DNA of 58,441 nucleotides, the filler included, from Sphacelaria rigidula (taxonomy: Eukaryota), in NCBI GenBank assembly GCA_964200075.2. It is 5 parts of 5 records of this genome, joined end to end, with 100 filler letters (N's around TTAATTAATTAA, not from the genome) between each part and the next. Parts side by side here need not be neighbours in the genome. Positions count along the whole stretch, not along the records: positions 1 to 11,609 come from CAXNAA020004710.1; positions 11,710 to 23,317 come from CAXNAA020004711.1; 3 more parts are not named here. The stretch is one strand, 5' to 3'. How positions within the stretch are numbered: the stretch's first letter is position 1; each line of letters opens with the position of its first letter. Made by a program: the position numbers and the translations under genes. The notes under the pieces were generated by a model. It worked only from the letters and a program-made list of their open reading frames with translations, made no database searches and had not been told where the DNA came from. Positions 1-12,383 of the stretch are shown piece by piece.

Positions 1-1367
1 ACGCCCTCTCCCATGCTTGTGTGAAACTTGCTAAGAAAAGACGACACACTGTATACCAACGTTGGCATTTATTTCGGCTGGCTGCTACTGGGCTCCTTGA
101 AATCTAACCCAAGCTATCTCGGACAAGATTGGTTCGCTCGACAGCGTGGACCACAAATGAAACGGCAAGCAGCCCATATATGTTACGAGAACGCCCTTGC
201 CCGTGGTGGAACCATATCTCGCGCCAGGCAAAAGCTTATGGTGGCCTCGGCAAAGTGAAGGACGATCGAAGAGCTGAAGACACTACCCCTGCCCACAGTC
301 CGCGTTGACTCTACATCGAAAGAAGGGCCCTGCAGCTCACCGCTAACAGCATGCCAGCCTCCATGTGTGCCAACAGCCAACCCACCGCCAGAGCTAGCGC
401 GTTTCATTCGGCATGCCAAGAAAGTCTCTATGGTCGTCGGCTCCATACTGCATGGCCCTAACCGTAGTCTATACTACTGTCTTGCAGCAACCCGTGCATA
501 AACTTCACGATAGAACTCTTGACATACGATTGGTTATTGGCGTAACCATCATTACTCGCACTTATGTGCGTGAGAACGGCAGCGGTGACGGGAACATTAC
601 CCTGTTTTTCGACGATATGTTCTGTAGCGCACAGAAGCATATCCCGTCCAAGAAGAGAGGCAAAAAGGAATAGATCTTTGCACTGGTTAGCGCGACAGAC
701 AAGACACGAATACGTGAGTCAACATCCGGCAAGCCAAGCCGCATCCTTTTATTTTGAGCTGTGCAACTAACTGCCTGCCGTTCTTGTGCCGAGGGAAGCG
801 CTGCGAAATGGTGCGCGTGGTTGTAACCTGATGTCAATCTCTCGACCGATTGGGAATCGTGGGACGAATACAAACACAGGGGACGCGTGAGGAGCTTCCT
901 CTCCGCCAGTGCTCCTCCGGTGGTATCGTCATCGACACACGTGTACACTGAGTTTGGTGCACCCAACCACACGAGCTTAACTTTCAACACAAATACAGTA
1001 GCCGAAAGTGCTTTCCTAACTCAAACTGCTTTGGCGGAAATGGCGAAATTTCGAACGCAGGTGAAACCCACCGCGATATCAAACCTTGTTTTTGAGGAGA
1101 CTCTCTCCTTGGCTGATTGAGGGGTCACTAAACTTCTTTGACCCCATGACTGCGCAGGTGTGCATGTATGGAATATTTTGTAACTTGGTTTTAATGTGCG
1201 ACTACTGCTCCCATGGCGATCCTCGATCTCATCACGGTCAGTCAGAGTGTTACCTACTAAATGTTTGGAAACTGAAAATTGTGTCACACGTCAGACACCT
1301 GTTATATGGACGCATTTTCGGTAACGTTCATGGACATCGCTGGAATGGGAACTGATTCACCCGGCAG

Positions 1368-1533
1368 GTGCGTTGACGAACTGTTCGAGGCTCTGGCGCA
1401 GATGTACAACGATCAAGAGGCGTCGCATGTGCTCAAGCTCGCCGGGAGAGTTGCAGCCGTTTTTGCCAAGGGAAAACGATTTGCCGACAGCATCGAGCTG
1501 GAGGAACTGAAACAACTCAAGTCAGACGTACAA
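1368..1533 (+). CDS. Probable coding exon of an unknown gene
   Basis: Bounded by CAG|G and CAA|GTGAGG. Reads CVDELFEALAQMYNDQEASHVLKLAGRVAAVFAKGKRFADSIELEELKQLKSDVQ (helical, coding-like). A neighbouring candidate exon at ~880-1060 does not join in phase. Confidence 0.4.
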
Positions 1534-4442
1534 GTGAGGAAGAACATAACACGATGAAAAATGACCTCGCCATGCCCTAGATTACACTCAACTGAGGTAC
1601 AAATAGTATTTGTTCCGCATTGCACCCACACGCGTCTCAACACTCGTGAGTGGTCGACTTGTTCATAGTTTTGCAACGTTGGCCACTAGCACAACTTCGA
1701 GTTTTAGGCTCAACTTGAAAGTGGCACCATCAAGTCGAATATTGAGGCTTCGAGTAGGGATGGTTTCAGTTGAAAGTCGACCTTTCAAGTCAAACTTCGA
1801 CAGGAACGCTTAAGTTGAAGGTTCAATTCATAGGGTGTGAAACTCCAAGATGATACCGTGCTTCGAACCAAGCCTCCAAATAGAACCTTCAACACGAAAG
1901 CCGAACGGTCAAGTTGAAGGCTCGACTTTCAACTTGAAACTCCACTTTAATCTCTGACGTTCAAGTACAACCTTCGTATATCATGTTGAAACTTTATCGT
2001 GACCACGTGACAATGGCGGTGGCCGAAATATAGTATACTCCGTATCAGGGTTTTTCATGGGGAAATGAAACGGGACGGTACGGACATTCCCGTCCCCCCG
2101 AACAGAATGGGGGACGGGATGTTGTTTTCCCCGTTGCCCAAGGGGGATGAGACAGGGCGGAAAGTTCCCCGTTGCCTCAGACAACCGGGTCGGGACGAGA
2201 AATTGGGAAAGTGTCGGGAGGGACGGGACGGAAAGTCCGCCCCCTGAGGACCGACCCTTGCGACAGCCGAGTTTCTATTTGCACTTGATTGTGTTTTCGT
2301 GACATTGAGAACAGAAGACACGATTGTGAGTGACAACCGGTCAATGAGTGAATGAATCGTCAGTTCCGAAATGCCGCTCCACGAGGCCCGATATGCTTCC
2401 CGTAATCGCTTGCCACTGAGACCAGTGATAAAGGCAAAGAAAATTACGCACCGGATGAAAAATTGGCCGTGTTGAAGCGAATGATCAAAGCCAATCTCAA
2501 TCAGCGCTCTGCTCTCAATCTCATGAAAACGTCGTTACTTGGAGTGCAAATTATTTTTCTAAGGCTCTCCTCTTCAGGAGCCTCTCGATGACAAACATCT
2601 GGGCCTTCGTGTGTAGTCTCCGAATACCTTCCGGATTGTGAAGTGCACCTCTACCGTAGAATCATTCCTTTTCTTCTTCCATGAAGTTGGAATATTCGCT
2701 CACATGTACGTTTTCCTGCATGTTGCGGGGATGTAGAGCATACGTGCCTAGCGCACTTCGCCCAGTGACGTCAAAGCCGCGGCCGCGGTTATTTCATGAA
2801 TGCTACACAACGAGGAAGGTCCTTAACCATCTTGAACGTTGTTTTCGGAGCATTTCCTGATCCCGAACGTGTCCGTATTTCCGTCGACGCAAAGATTGGC
2901 CCTGAACAAACGACGAGATAAAACGGGAAACCTCACTTCGACCCAGGGATTCCTCTGAGCTTTTCTTCCCTGCTGGGCAACAACTCTGCTGAAGATGCAC
3001 TTTTGTCAACCATGGCATTTTCAGTAGGCTCCTTGGTTGAAAGAAGCGTATTTACGACATTGATCGTGTGCAAAGACTCCGAAAATGGAATAAACAGATG
3101 CTCGCACAGCGGCGTACACCTGTCTCTTTCCCCGCGAATCAGTGACAGGTGGAGTCATTGTTTGACAAAGCTCATGATTCGCCGCGGGTGATAGAAATTG
3201 CTGAGTACGTACGTGGACTCTGACAGCATTCGGTTTGCTACTACTGTTTGCCGTGGGCGTCTCATGCTCGCGCCCTCTCGTATATATATGGCGGTGGTTT
3301 CTGGTAAGCTGTCTGAGTGTCCCCCGCGTGCAACTTGCACGTAACATGCAACTGGAACAGCCTTCACGACAAGGGCGTGGCAAAAAAGTGCGAACAAGAC
3401 GGCGTCGATTGGCACCCCATCCCCTTTCTCACACCTCCCTGACCCTACCCCCCCCGCCGAAATCTGCTTGCTGTACTTCCTCTCGACGTCCTGACTGGCG
3501 GACCTCCAGAGCGTGTTCCCGATCAACTTCCAGGAGGCTGAGCCCATCCGCGTGCGAACCGTCTTTCTCGCTCAGAGGCTGGACCGTGGAGTGATGAAAT
3601 GATGATGAAACTGCATGTGTTTCCTCATGTAGTGAAGCAGCGGAAGATGCTGTCCTAGTATTTGCCCATACGCCCCCCGACCAATCCACACTAATGATCG
3701 CCTTGCGATGGCTGTGTCTTGTTTTTTATTCTGAGTTGCATCCTTTGTCGTACAAGTTGTCACATCTGTCGCTGTTTGGCGAGGCAACGCAACTTTTTTT
3801 TAATTGAAAAGCGTTTGAATGTTGGGAGTGCCCGCGTTTGAAGGCTTTCCTCCAGTCATTCGGGCGCCCAACAGCTGCGCGAGAGAGTACTGCACGATAC
3901 CAGGGGGAGGGGAAGCAGAAAGCGGATTTCCCCCCATTTTTTGATCAAACCGAACACTAACCTCGGGCAGGCGTGAGCAGTACGTGATCCACGCTATTGG
4001 TGAGCCACCGAAACTACGTGACAACACCCTACATAGTTGACGTGGCTGCTACGCAAGCACAAGAGTGGTCCAAATCCCTCTCTGGTCCAGGCGGGCAAAG
4101 GTACCTTCTCGTCGCAAGGACGGAACATGAACTCACACTTGTACGCCATGGGTACAGTATGAGTGGGTTTTATTGCAACACGCGAAGAGTGAGTTCAACT
4201 TCCCGCAGTCCCCCGCCGCCGTACCCCGTACTCTCGATGGGCGTTGAATGATTACTTTCTGTAAAAACGCCCTCGAAGACGCGAGACACAAAACAAGCGC
4301 ACACAACACCCCACACTGTCACAACACCAACAACCACAACCGGAACATCAACACCGACAGCCATCACGATTGAGAATCCTGTTCAAGCATGACCTGACAC
4401 GATTCTGACGCTTTCATGAGCTTTCGCTTTGGTTCGCCAACA

Positions 4443-7400
4443 CTATGCCACCGACTCACGCCCACTCTTATCCACAGCAGTACCAGCCGAACTATCTTCG
4501 GGTAGGTGTGCTTTGAATCGAAGTCGTACGTAATCGGCCGTCCATACACCGTTCTTGTCTCGCAAGGCCGGCTGCAAAGACGCCAAGGCTTCATCCAGCA
4601 CAATAGCCGCTGTTCGGGAGATCCCATTGACACCGTCGCGGTTGGTACTCCCGCTGCTTGAATCGCCGTTGTAAGAACCTTTTTGCAGTGGCCAGTTTCG
4701 TATAGTTTTTGGAGCGAACATGAGCGACGAGAGCACGGTACCACGCACAACAAAAATTGCTCGAGTAACTTGAAAGTAGACTATACCTCGACATCTAAAT
4801 ATTGATAAAACTGCAAACTGGCAAACATCATGAGCGCAGCGAACCTGTGACAAGGCGGGATTAGCCATAAAGACATTTTTTTGGCTTCGCACAAAGTTTT
4901 GTACAGCAAGGTTTTACCATGCGACATATATATCAACTCGCTGACTCTCTATTCCTCGAAGGAGACAACATGTCAGATTTTGGAACGGAGGTTTGTCTTT
5001 TGGTGTCAGGCGGCATCATATACCTTGGGGGCCTGGGACAATCTCGCACATAGCTATACAAGAGAAGAGAAAAGTCAAATGGCCACATTTTTTCGCAAAC
5101 GTGACACCATCTGCGACAAGTACGATGCAAAACGGGACGTGTGGCGATGGGCTGGTGAAGGGTAAGGACAACAACCTTCCAGCACACGAACGAACACGCC
5201 AGGAATCGATCGCGCACACGCCGGACACAGAGAATGAATAAATTGGCCAAGACGAAATATACGGGAAATGATTCCACACAAGCAGAGGATAGATGTAGCA
5301 TGTGCAAGTTGCGAAACCACCTGCGTGATGACACCCGAGAACCTCAGCAAAACGAAACCCATTCAACGAAAAATTGAATATTACCCGCAAGTGCCGCAGA
5401 GGAGAACAAGACTCAGATACTTGATCTGGAAAATGTCATGTTCTACATGAAAATGTTTTTCATCAACGCATAATGCGAAAATTGCTTTCAACTCCCCCAA
5501 AGATCTGAAAAGCGGTTGGGATCATTTTTTTCTCAACTGACAGGCATGCCACGAATGTTTCAATTTCCTGATTTTCTCTGTTCGACCACCGGTGGGATAG
5601 AATAGGGGTGCCAACTGGTCATGACTACCGCTCACGCACCGGTGCGAAGTCAGATGCTGATTCATGTAGAACGTAAATGTTCGTGCCGAACCTGGAATAT
5701 CTGCACACACAAAAATACGTGTCTTCTGGACTTCCCGGGACAAGGGCTTTTACCATATTTCTCAGCATTTTTCACATGATAGGCATTGCACTTGTCTTTT
5801 GCACGTGTCCATGTTTCATAAGCGGTTGAAAAATGGTCAGGAGAGGTTTTCACTTTCGCCATCCGGTGTGAAGGTGGCCACACGGGATTTTTACTTCTTC
5901 TGTCCGGTTCAAAGGTGCGAACGTGTGACGTCACGTGTGCCCGGTTCAGAGACGGTCATGTGAGATTTTCCTGTTTGTCATCAGCTTGAAATACGGTCAT
6001 GTCGGACCTTGCTCTGCACGTGAAAAGGCTTGAAATTTGCTGCCCTCTGCATGTTATCCTCACATCATCCTGTATCGCCCGTGTTGCTACATTCCACTGT
6101 CGCATCAACGCAGTGTGGTAGCGGCGGTGCAGCATGCCTGTGCTCACAAGAACCGATGGGAAAATGGTTTATAACTGACAGATACCTCACAACAATTGGA
6201 AAAGTGGTTTCTAATAGGCGAGGCACCCGGCAACGCCTGACAAAGTTGTTCTTGCCTCACAAGATGTTCTGACAGCGTCTGGGCTTGGTCTGCAGACGCG
6301 GACATTTCCCACACGGTAGGCACGAGCGTGCCAGATTGAACACACGTTATATGTTACGTTCCATTGTACGTGTGTAATTATTCAAATTCCGAATAAAGAG
6401 GGAGGCAAATAAGATAATACAACTAAGGGGGCAGATGAAACCGCCTAAGGAACTCCAACGGAAGGCGTCGTACCAGCAGCTTCGCCTGATGGATCTTCGG
6501 ATTCCTGGAGCGGTATCGCGTTGATGAAGGCCAGGGTGAATGTGGACAGCCACCCACGCATGCCTGTGCCCGCTGGGAGTATCGTCGGACGGGGAACTAG
6601 CGCCACGTCGTCCACGATGAAACCGGCCTGGAAGCACGCGGCAGTAACACAGAACAAATAGCGACGACTGCACGTGTGGCACTGTCTGTTGACGGTGAAC
6701 TCTTGGGAAATCTTGGGACTCTTCAATCTAGTTCCGAACTCACACTCGCTCTCGAAACACCAGACCCTGTACACGCACATCTCAGAAAACCAGTGATACA
6801 TGGATACAGATGGGAGCAACCGTATCTGCAGAGTGGAACATATTTATATCTATATCTATATCTATATCTAGTACGTTGACGGAACAGCAAGCATCGACCA
6901 ACCAAGCGGCGTTCGGAACTCTCGAAAACAAGCCAAAACTCACTTTCCATAACTTCGGTAGAGTATGCGTTCATGTTTTCGACGTGCAGGAATGGCGAGA
7001 TGCGTGCTCAACACTGATCAGCACTTTGACAACATAAATTGTCTTGCCTTTCCACAGTTTATGCTGTAAACGTGAGAGACAAAATGCTACGAAATACACA
7101 GTAACTGCTGGGCATATTTTTTCACGTTTCTAGCACCTCCTCAAGAAGATCTCGATACTCCTCGGCCGTCGGGAAATACCACGGATCCACGGCCAAAGGA
7201 TCTACGCCTCTCTTCCAAAGCGCTGAGTGCATCGCCGTTCGCACGGCCGCCATGTTACCGTGCCCCCCGAACTCTCCCACGAATCTCCCACCAGGCCTCA
7301 ACACCCGCTTCACCCCTCCGATCACCGCTCTCGGTGTGCGAACCCAGTGCAAGGCGGCGTTAGTGAACACCGCATCGAATGCGGGTATACCCTCTTCAGT

Positions 7401-10400
7401 TTGCCGGGCTGACGTTGATGATGATGACGATGGCGGCGGCGGCGGCGGCGGCGGTGGAGATTCCTGGTCAAGACGAGCCCCACTGTTTTGCCTCTCTAGG
7501 CCATTAAAATCAGCATCATTCTCAGATGGGTGTCCCTGCGCTTGACTTTCCGCACCGCATCCGGTCGTCGCCGTAGTGGTCGATGCCGATGTTGGTATGT
7601 GTTCTTGTTGTCGCGGTGCGCCAAGGTCGCCGTCATTGACCCCGCCAGTCTTCTTGTCATCCGCTTCCGCGATCCTTGAGAGGAGAAAGGGTGCGTCGAT
7701 GTTGGCAGCGTCCATCACGTAGGCATCAACTTCCTACGAGGGAGATGCGACGAATAGCAGATAGGTGTGTGGGTGTACTGGTTGATGTGTGCTCAACTTT
7801 CTTCGCTCCAAGGTGAGCATGCTGATTGATATATGGCTGCAATGGACACGAGTCACAATCGTGTGCAGTGTACAATGACACGGGCTATCTTGCTGCTCAC
7901 TTATGCCCTACCGTGGTGTTGGTCAATCCTGCGGCGTGAGTACTCTCAAGGCAACAGCTGATTTTTGGAAACTTAATTGGGGGTGGGTGCAAGACTTGGC
8001 AATAAATCGATCAATGATTATCTGCGGGTTTGTTGCGTTGCTTCTCACGATAGCAGAATACCATATAATAGTGCAGCAGGCAACCAGTACGAGTGCTACA
8101 CACCAACGTTTTCCCAAGGGAAAGTATGAGCGACCAGTGATCTCGCATGCCAAGTGTTTCGATGGCCTCGGCGCGTACCATGGACCCTCTTCAGGAACGC
8201 AAACGGAAGAGACGTTTCAGTATATCTCCAGCATTTGCGTTGCTATCGGTAGCGGAAGAGACGTTTTAGTATATTTCCAGTGTGTGCGGCGCTATTGGCA
8301 AGGGAACATGTGGCGTTCTAAAGAAAAGACGCGCGTTGTAGAGGAACGCGTTGTGCGGATGGATATATGTCCTTTGATGAAATTTTCCACCATCAAGTAT
8401 TATCGTAGGTGTCGACGTGAATCTCTAGTGAGGGCATATGTCTCACCCCTACGCGTTCCTGAATATCTAGAGCACGGACCACGTTGGATCTTCGCTAAAA
8501 TCCAACGGTAGGTCGAGTAGAGTATACTCAATTGCGGGCTATTTTAAAAGTCGTACTCGAAGTACACAAATTGGGGGTAGAATTTCAGGAATCGCTTTCG
8601 AGCTATTTTCTGGGTACGACTCCCAATACTCTACCCTCACCTTCCAAGTACGTCTTCCATAATATCCCGCAATTGAGTATACTCTACTCGACCTGCCCTT
8701 GCTAAAATCTTTTTCCGCGAGGGCGCTCCGACGGCACACGCGTGGACACGAATTGCTTTGGCCAAGTGTTGCTTACACAACACGCCTACTTGCACGAACA
8801 AGGAGATAGATATCTTGGGACATGTGTAGAAACGAGTGTGCCGGAGTCGATGGCACCGCGGAGATTTTGGAACCAATATCACGCTTTCACAGAGTAAGTA
8901 CACTTTCATCATGTCCACGCACTGCAACTGCCGTAATGCACGTGAAAATACAACATTTAGCTACATCAAGGGGTCTCCGGTACTTTTGGAGCAGCGATAA
9001 GTTTATCTTAAGCATGTTCGTGTGTATAACACCGGTTTATCCCACAAAAGACATACGACAAAAAGCACAGTGCATTTCGTTCTTTTCACGAGTGGCTCCA
9101 ACACCTACAACATTACAGCCTGTCCCCCATTGCACTGCGTATATCTTCGGCGCTCCAAAGCGTCTGCTTAGCTGCAATCAGTCCTCTACAGCATGCATGT
9201 TCCTGGCGAGCAAGACGATGCAAGGGAATGAAAAAAGCTGTACAACAGACAGACCCCGTTCTCACATGTTTACAAACCCAACTGATCGCTACCTATGATG
9301 AAAATCACTGTTCGCAGCAACAGTGCCCGATGGTGTGGTTTGGAACGGTAACATGATCGCGACCTCCGGTCTGAAATTACTTCATCACCTTGCAAGGTTA
9401 CTCCTCTATCCTCGCACATACCCCCCCCCCTTCCCCTCTGTTCACCCACGGGACTGTCAGCGACTGGTCTCGCAGGCGAAAGGAGTGACTACGGCGGTTT
9501 CAACTTGTGTACATGTATCCCCACTGCGGATTTCGTTGCGACTTTGATGTCGTGTACAGATGCCCCTGCAACTGAAGATCCTGAAGTGCTTCGCTGGTCA
9601 AGGATTCGAAACGAGCACCTCAATCCTCAAAAATGAAGTAAAAAATTGTGCATCATACACTGGATGATGACCAAGTGTCGCGATAGGGGTCGCGCAACCT
9701 GCTTTTTTAGAGCTCACTCATTCGCCCTCACCCGCTTCACCGCAGCAGCCACCATGGCGGGAGCGAAATCTATGCCGACCACCCGGCAACCCCTCTTCTT
9801 GAGCTCGGCGGTGAGCACGCCGTCGCCGCACCCAACATCCAATATGCGCTCCCCAGTCCTGGGTACATCGCGAACCCCATCAGCATTCGAACAAAGCGCA
9901 GCATTCTCGTTAATCGTAGACATTCGAGAACCAGGGCACAGCTGTGTCCTCCTTGTGACTCACATGGCTGAAGCAGGAGGCTGTCGCCACAACGCCTGTG
10001 GGTGTTAGCGTCGGGACCGTCTCAATGAGCACACAAAACCCCGCAGAAATCCCCCCACGTTTTGATTCATCTTGCCTTTTCCCTCGTGGTTCATACAAAC
10101 GATCGCTCCATACTTATCCCAAAGCGTACCCGTGCACGAGAACACAGTCTTCACTCACGTCAATTTTTGACCCCCCACTTGTGGCACGTGCTCCGTCTCG
10201 AAAGGGATGCGTGGTCAATGGCCACACGACGAAGGCAAGCTACAAATGAGTACGCCCCACTTGTGGCACGTCACGTCCAAAAACAAGGGGCAAGTATGTG
10301 TTCGAACGACACACGCGGACGGGCGGGCGAAATCTCAAATACCAATTTTCCAAATTTTGAGATTACATTCTAGGGGACACTTTTGACGCTGATTCGTGAC

Positions 10401-10611
10401 ACCATCTTGTACTAATGGGGGTTAATGTACGAGAGGGGGCGTTTACACCATCGCTCAGGGGATACAGACACAGCCAATGGTATGGCCAGTAAAAAGCTTG
10501 CCTGGGAGCGAGGACCTCAAACAAGGATTCGCCCAGCTCGGGAACGAACCACGCGTTGCTGGCGTAGCGCTCGGCGTCCCAATCCCCGGCCTTGGTGCGC
10601 CCAGATTGCAC
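4443..10611 (-). CDS. Class I SAM-dependent methyltransferase (type 11 / trans-aconitate methyltransferase-like), spliced, 5' end missing
   Basis: Phase-consistent exons 10611-10502, 9858-9732, 7733-7137, 6627-6474 and 4678-4443. The joined protein has WDAERYASNAWFVPELG, SAM motif I ILDVGCGDG, VVGIDFAPAMV, FDAVFTNAALHW, VLRPGGRFVGEFGGHGN, PWYFPTAEEYRDLLEEAGF and C-terminal LRDKNGVWTADYVRLRFKA. Intron 1 is GC-AG; the others are GT-AG. The first visible exon begins at a TAG acceptor, so the start exon was not identified. Confidence 0.9.
8503..8701. mobile_element. hAT-type MITE with 8-bp target-site duplication
   Basis: ~35-bp TIRs (CAACGGTAGGTCGAGTAGAGTATACTCAATTGCGGG / CCCGCAATTGAGTATACTCTACTCGACCTGCCCTTG) and a perfect CTAAAATC direct repeat at 8495-8502 and 8702-8709. 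Confidence 0.85.
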
Positions 10612-11609
10612 CTATTCACATGTGATTCACGCCATTGGTATGATAAAGCCGCGCATGATATATACATATATGTAGCAGAACATTGCTGATGAAACAGCGG
10701 GAAAATGCAGGCAAACCGAAAGTATGGGTTATAACTTGATTGCTCTAAAAAAATAAATAATCTGCAAAGGTAGTCTTCCGTGTTGCACTGGTTGATCATT
10801 TTTCACGACATGCTGTATTTTGGTATCAGTAAATATATCCTGGTGTGGGTGTATCAAAGAAGGTAGATAACGGCAGAAGGAAAATGGGGGACGACACAGA
10901 AGGAAGGGTTGCCGTGATGCGACCTTACGCAGCGAACAACGTCTTGTCTATCACGCGAACACCTCTCCCGATCCCCTATCAGAGGCACTGTTACGGAGGT
11001 GAATGGGGCCCGATTTTGGGCACTGTATACGAGGAAAATGGACCGACCAACTACACAGTCAGTTGACTGCAGAAGAAATGAAACCTAAATGAGCCAATCA
11101 GTATCAATCACAAATACACGCGTCACTCGAAATGACCACGGTGAATTCGTGCGGGCCCTGAACCGTGTCCCATCTATTTTTCGATTTTTTTGTTAACTAT
11201 CTTCGGTGTTTTTCGTTTTCGAGTGAAGAACATGTTTTTTCTTCAGCCGGTGCTTGAACCATGCGGCCGAACGGCCGAAAAAAAAAAGAGTCGGCCCAAA
11301 AATGGCCGTCTTTCACGCCTTTCCCACGGGACGACTCTGGCTGCATGACCGTCGCCATCTCTACCGTCATTGCGCAGCGGCCACCAACCGATATCTCGGC
11401 GCCCCGTGCGCGAGGTGGGGGTGTGCTGGGGGGGCGAGTCCATCGCTAGAATGGTGTAGTGGGCAGGTAGGGTACTAAATTCGGACGGTTGTGAGAATTA
11501 TTCTAGAATTCTCGAAAGCATTCTCAAAAATATTCCCCTGAAATAGGCCATCATAGGGTACATTCCAACCCACCTGAGGTTAAGGAATAGACCACGCCCC
11601 CCCCCCCCC

Positions 11610-11709
11610 NNNNNNNNNNNNNNNNNNNNNNNNNNNNNNNNNNNNNNNNNNNNTTAATTAATTAANNNNNNNNNNNNNNNNNNNNNNNNNNNNNNNNNNN
11701 NNNNNNNNN
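11610..11709. other. Artificial contig-join spacer N44-TTAATTAATTAA-N44
   Basis: Exactly 100 bp. The central 12-mer gives stop codons in all six frames. Confidence 0.97.
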
Positions 11710-12383
11710 GTTCCTACTCCCAAATAAAGACACCTCCAACATTCTGGCGCGCATTAACTAGCGGTAGGGGGGGGGGGGGGTCTTGTGGGCCATTTCTTCC
11801 ACGAGATTCCGTCTCAAATTGTCGTTAAAGCCGCAACGGTTGTTCGACGCGCTTGATACCGATAAATAACGCCCATTCATACTGCTTGACGCCGTTTTCC
11901 CCCCAGTACAAGCGCACCGCAAGTATGTTAGGTCGTCTGACACACCCATGAGCCCTCTTGTTCGTGGAATCCCCCTCCCCCCCCCCCTTTGTAGCATGAC
12001 CCAGTACATGGTTTTTCCGTGTCTTTTCATTTGAACGAAGTCATCGACACTGCTCTTAGAGTGCGCGGGATGAACAATCAAGACCGTCCTCCCAGATGGA
12101 ACATCTGGCATATGTACAGTGGTGTAACGGTGGGGAAGGAACCGCGGGGTTTGCTATGCAATTTGATTTCAATAAATTCGACCAGACTGGTTTACCTACG
12201 TATAATATTGGCCAACAAATCCGAAATTCTCAATCTTCAAGCTTCAAGCACGTGAACCCTCAACTATATACACACACGATCATGTGCATAAGACAACACC
12301 CGACGGCAAGTAGAGTCGAAGGTCAGGTCAAAAACATTCCTTCACGCCTTGAGTCCGCCCGGTGGTTACTGAATCCCTGAAAA

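Noticed and set aside
3460..3602. GC-rich coding-like stretch (LADLQSVFPINFQEAEPIRVRTVF...)
   Set aside because: There is an in-frame stop just upstream and no convincing splice partner or family motif.
7903..8511. 202-aa plus-strand ORF nested in a methyltransferase intron
   Set aside because: No recognisable motif or coding-like composition, and it ends inside a MITE; likely a chance ORF.
11654..11665. TTAATTAATTAA recurring every 11,708 bp as a biological periodic signal
   Set aside because: It is always centred in N44 padding, so it is a synthetic six-frame-stop linker.
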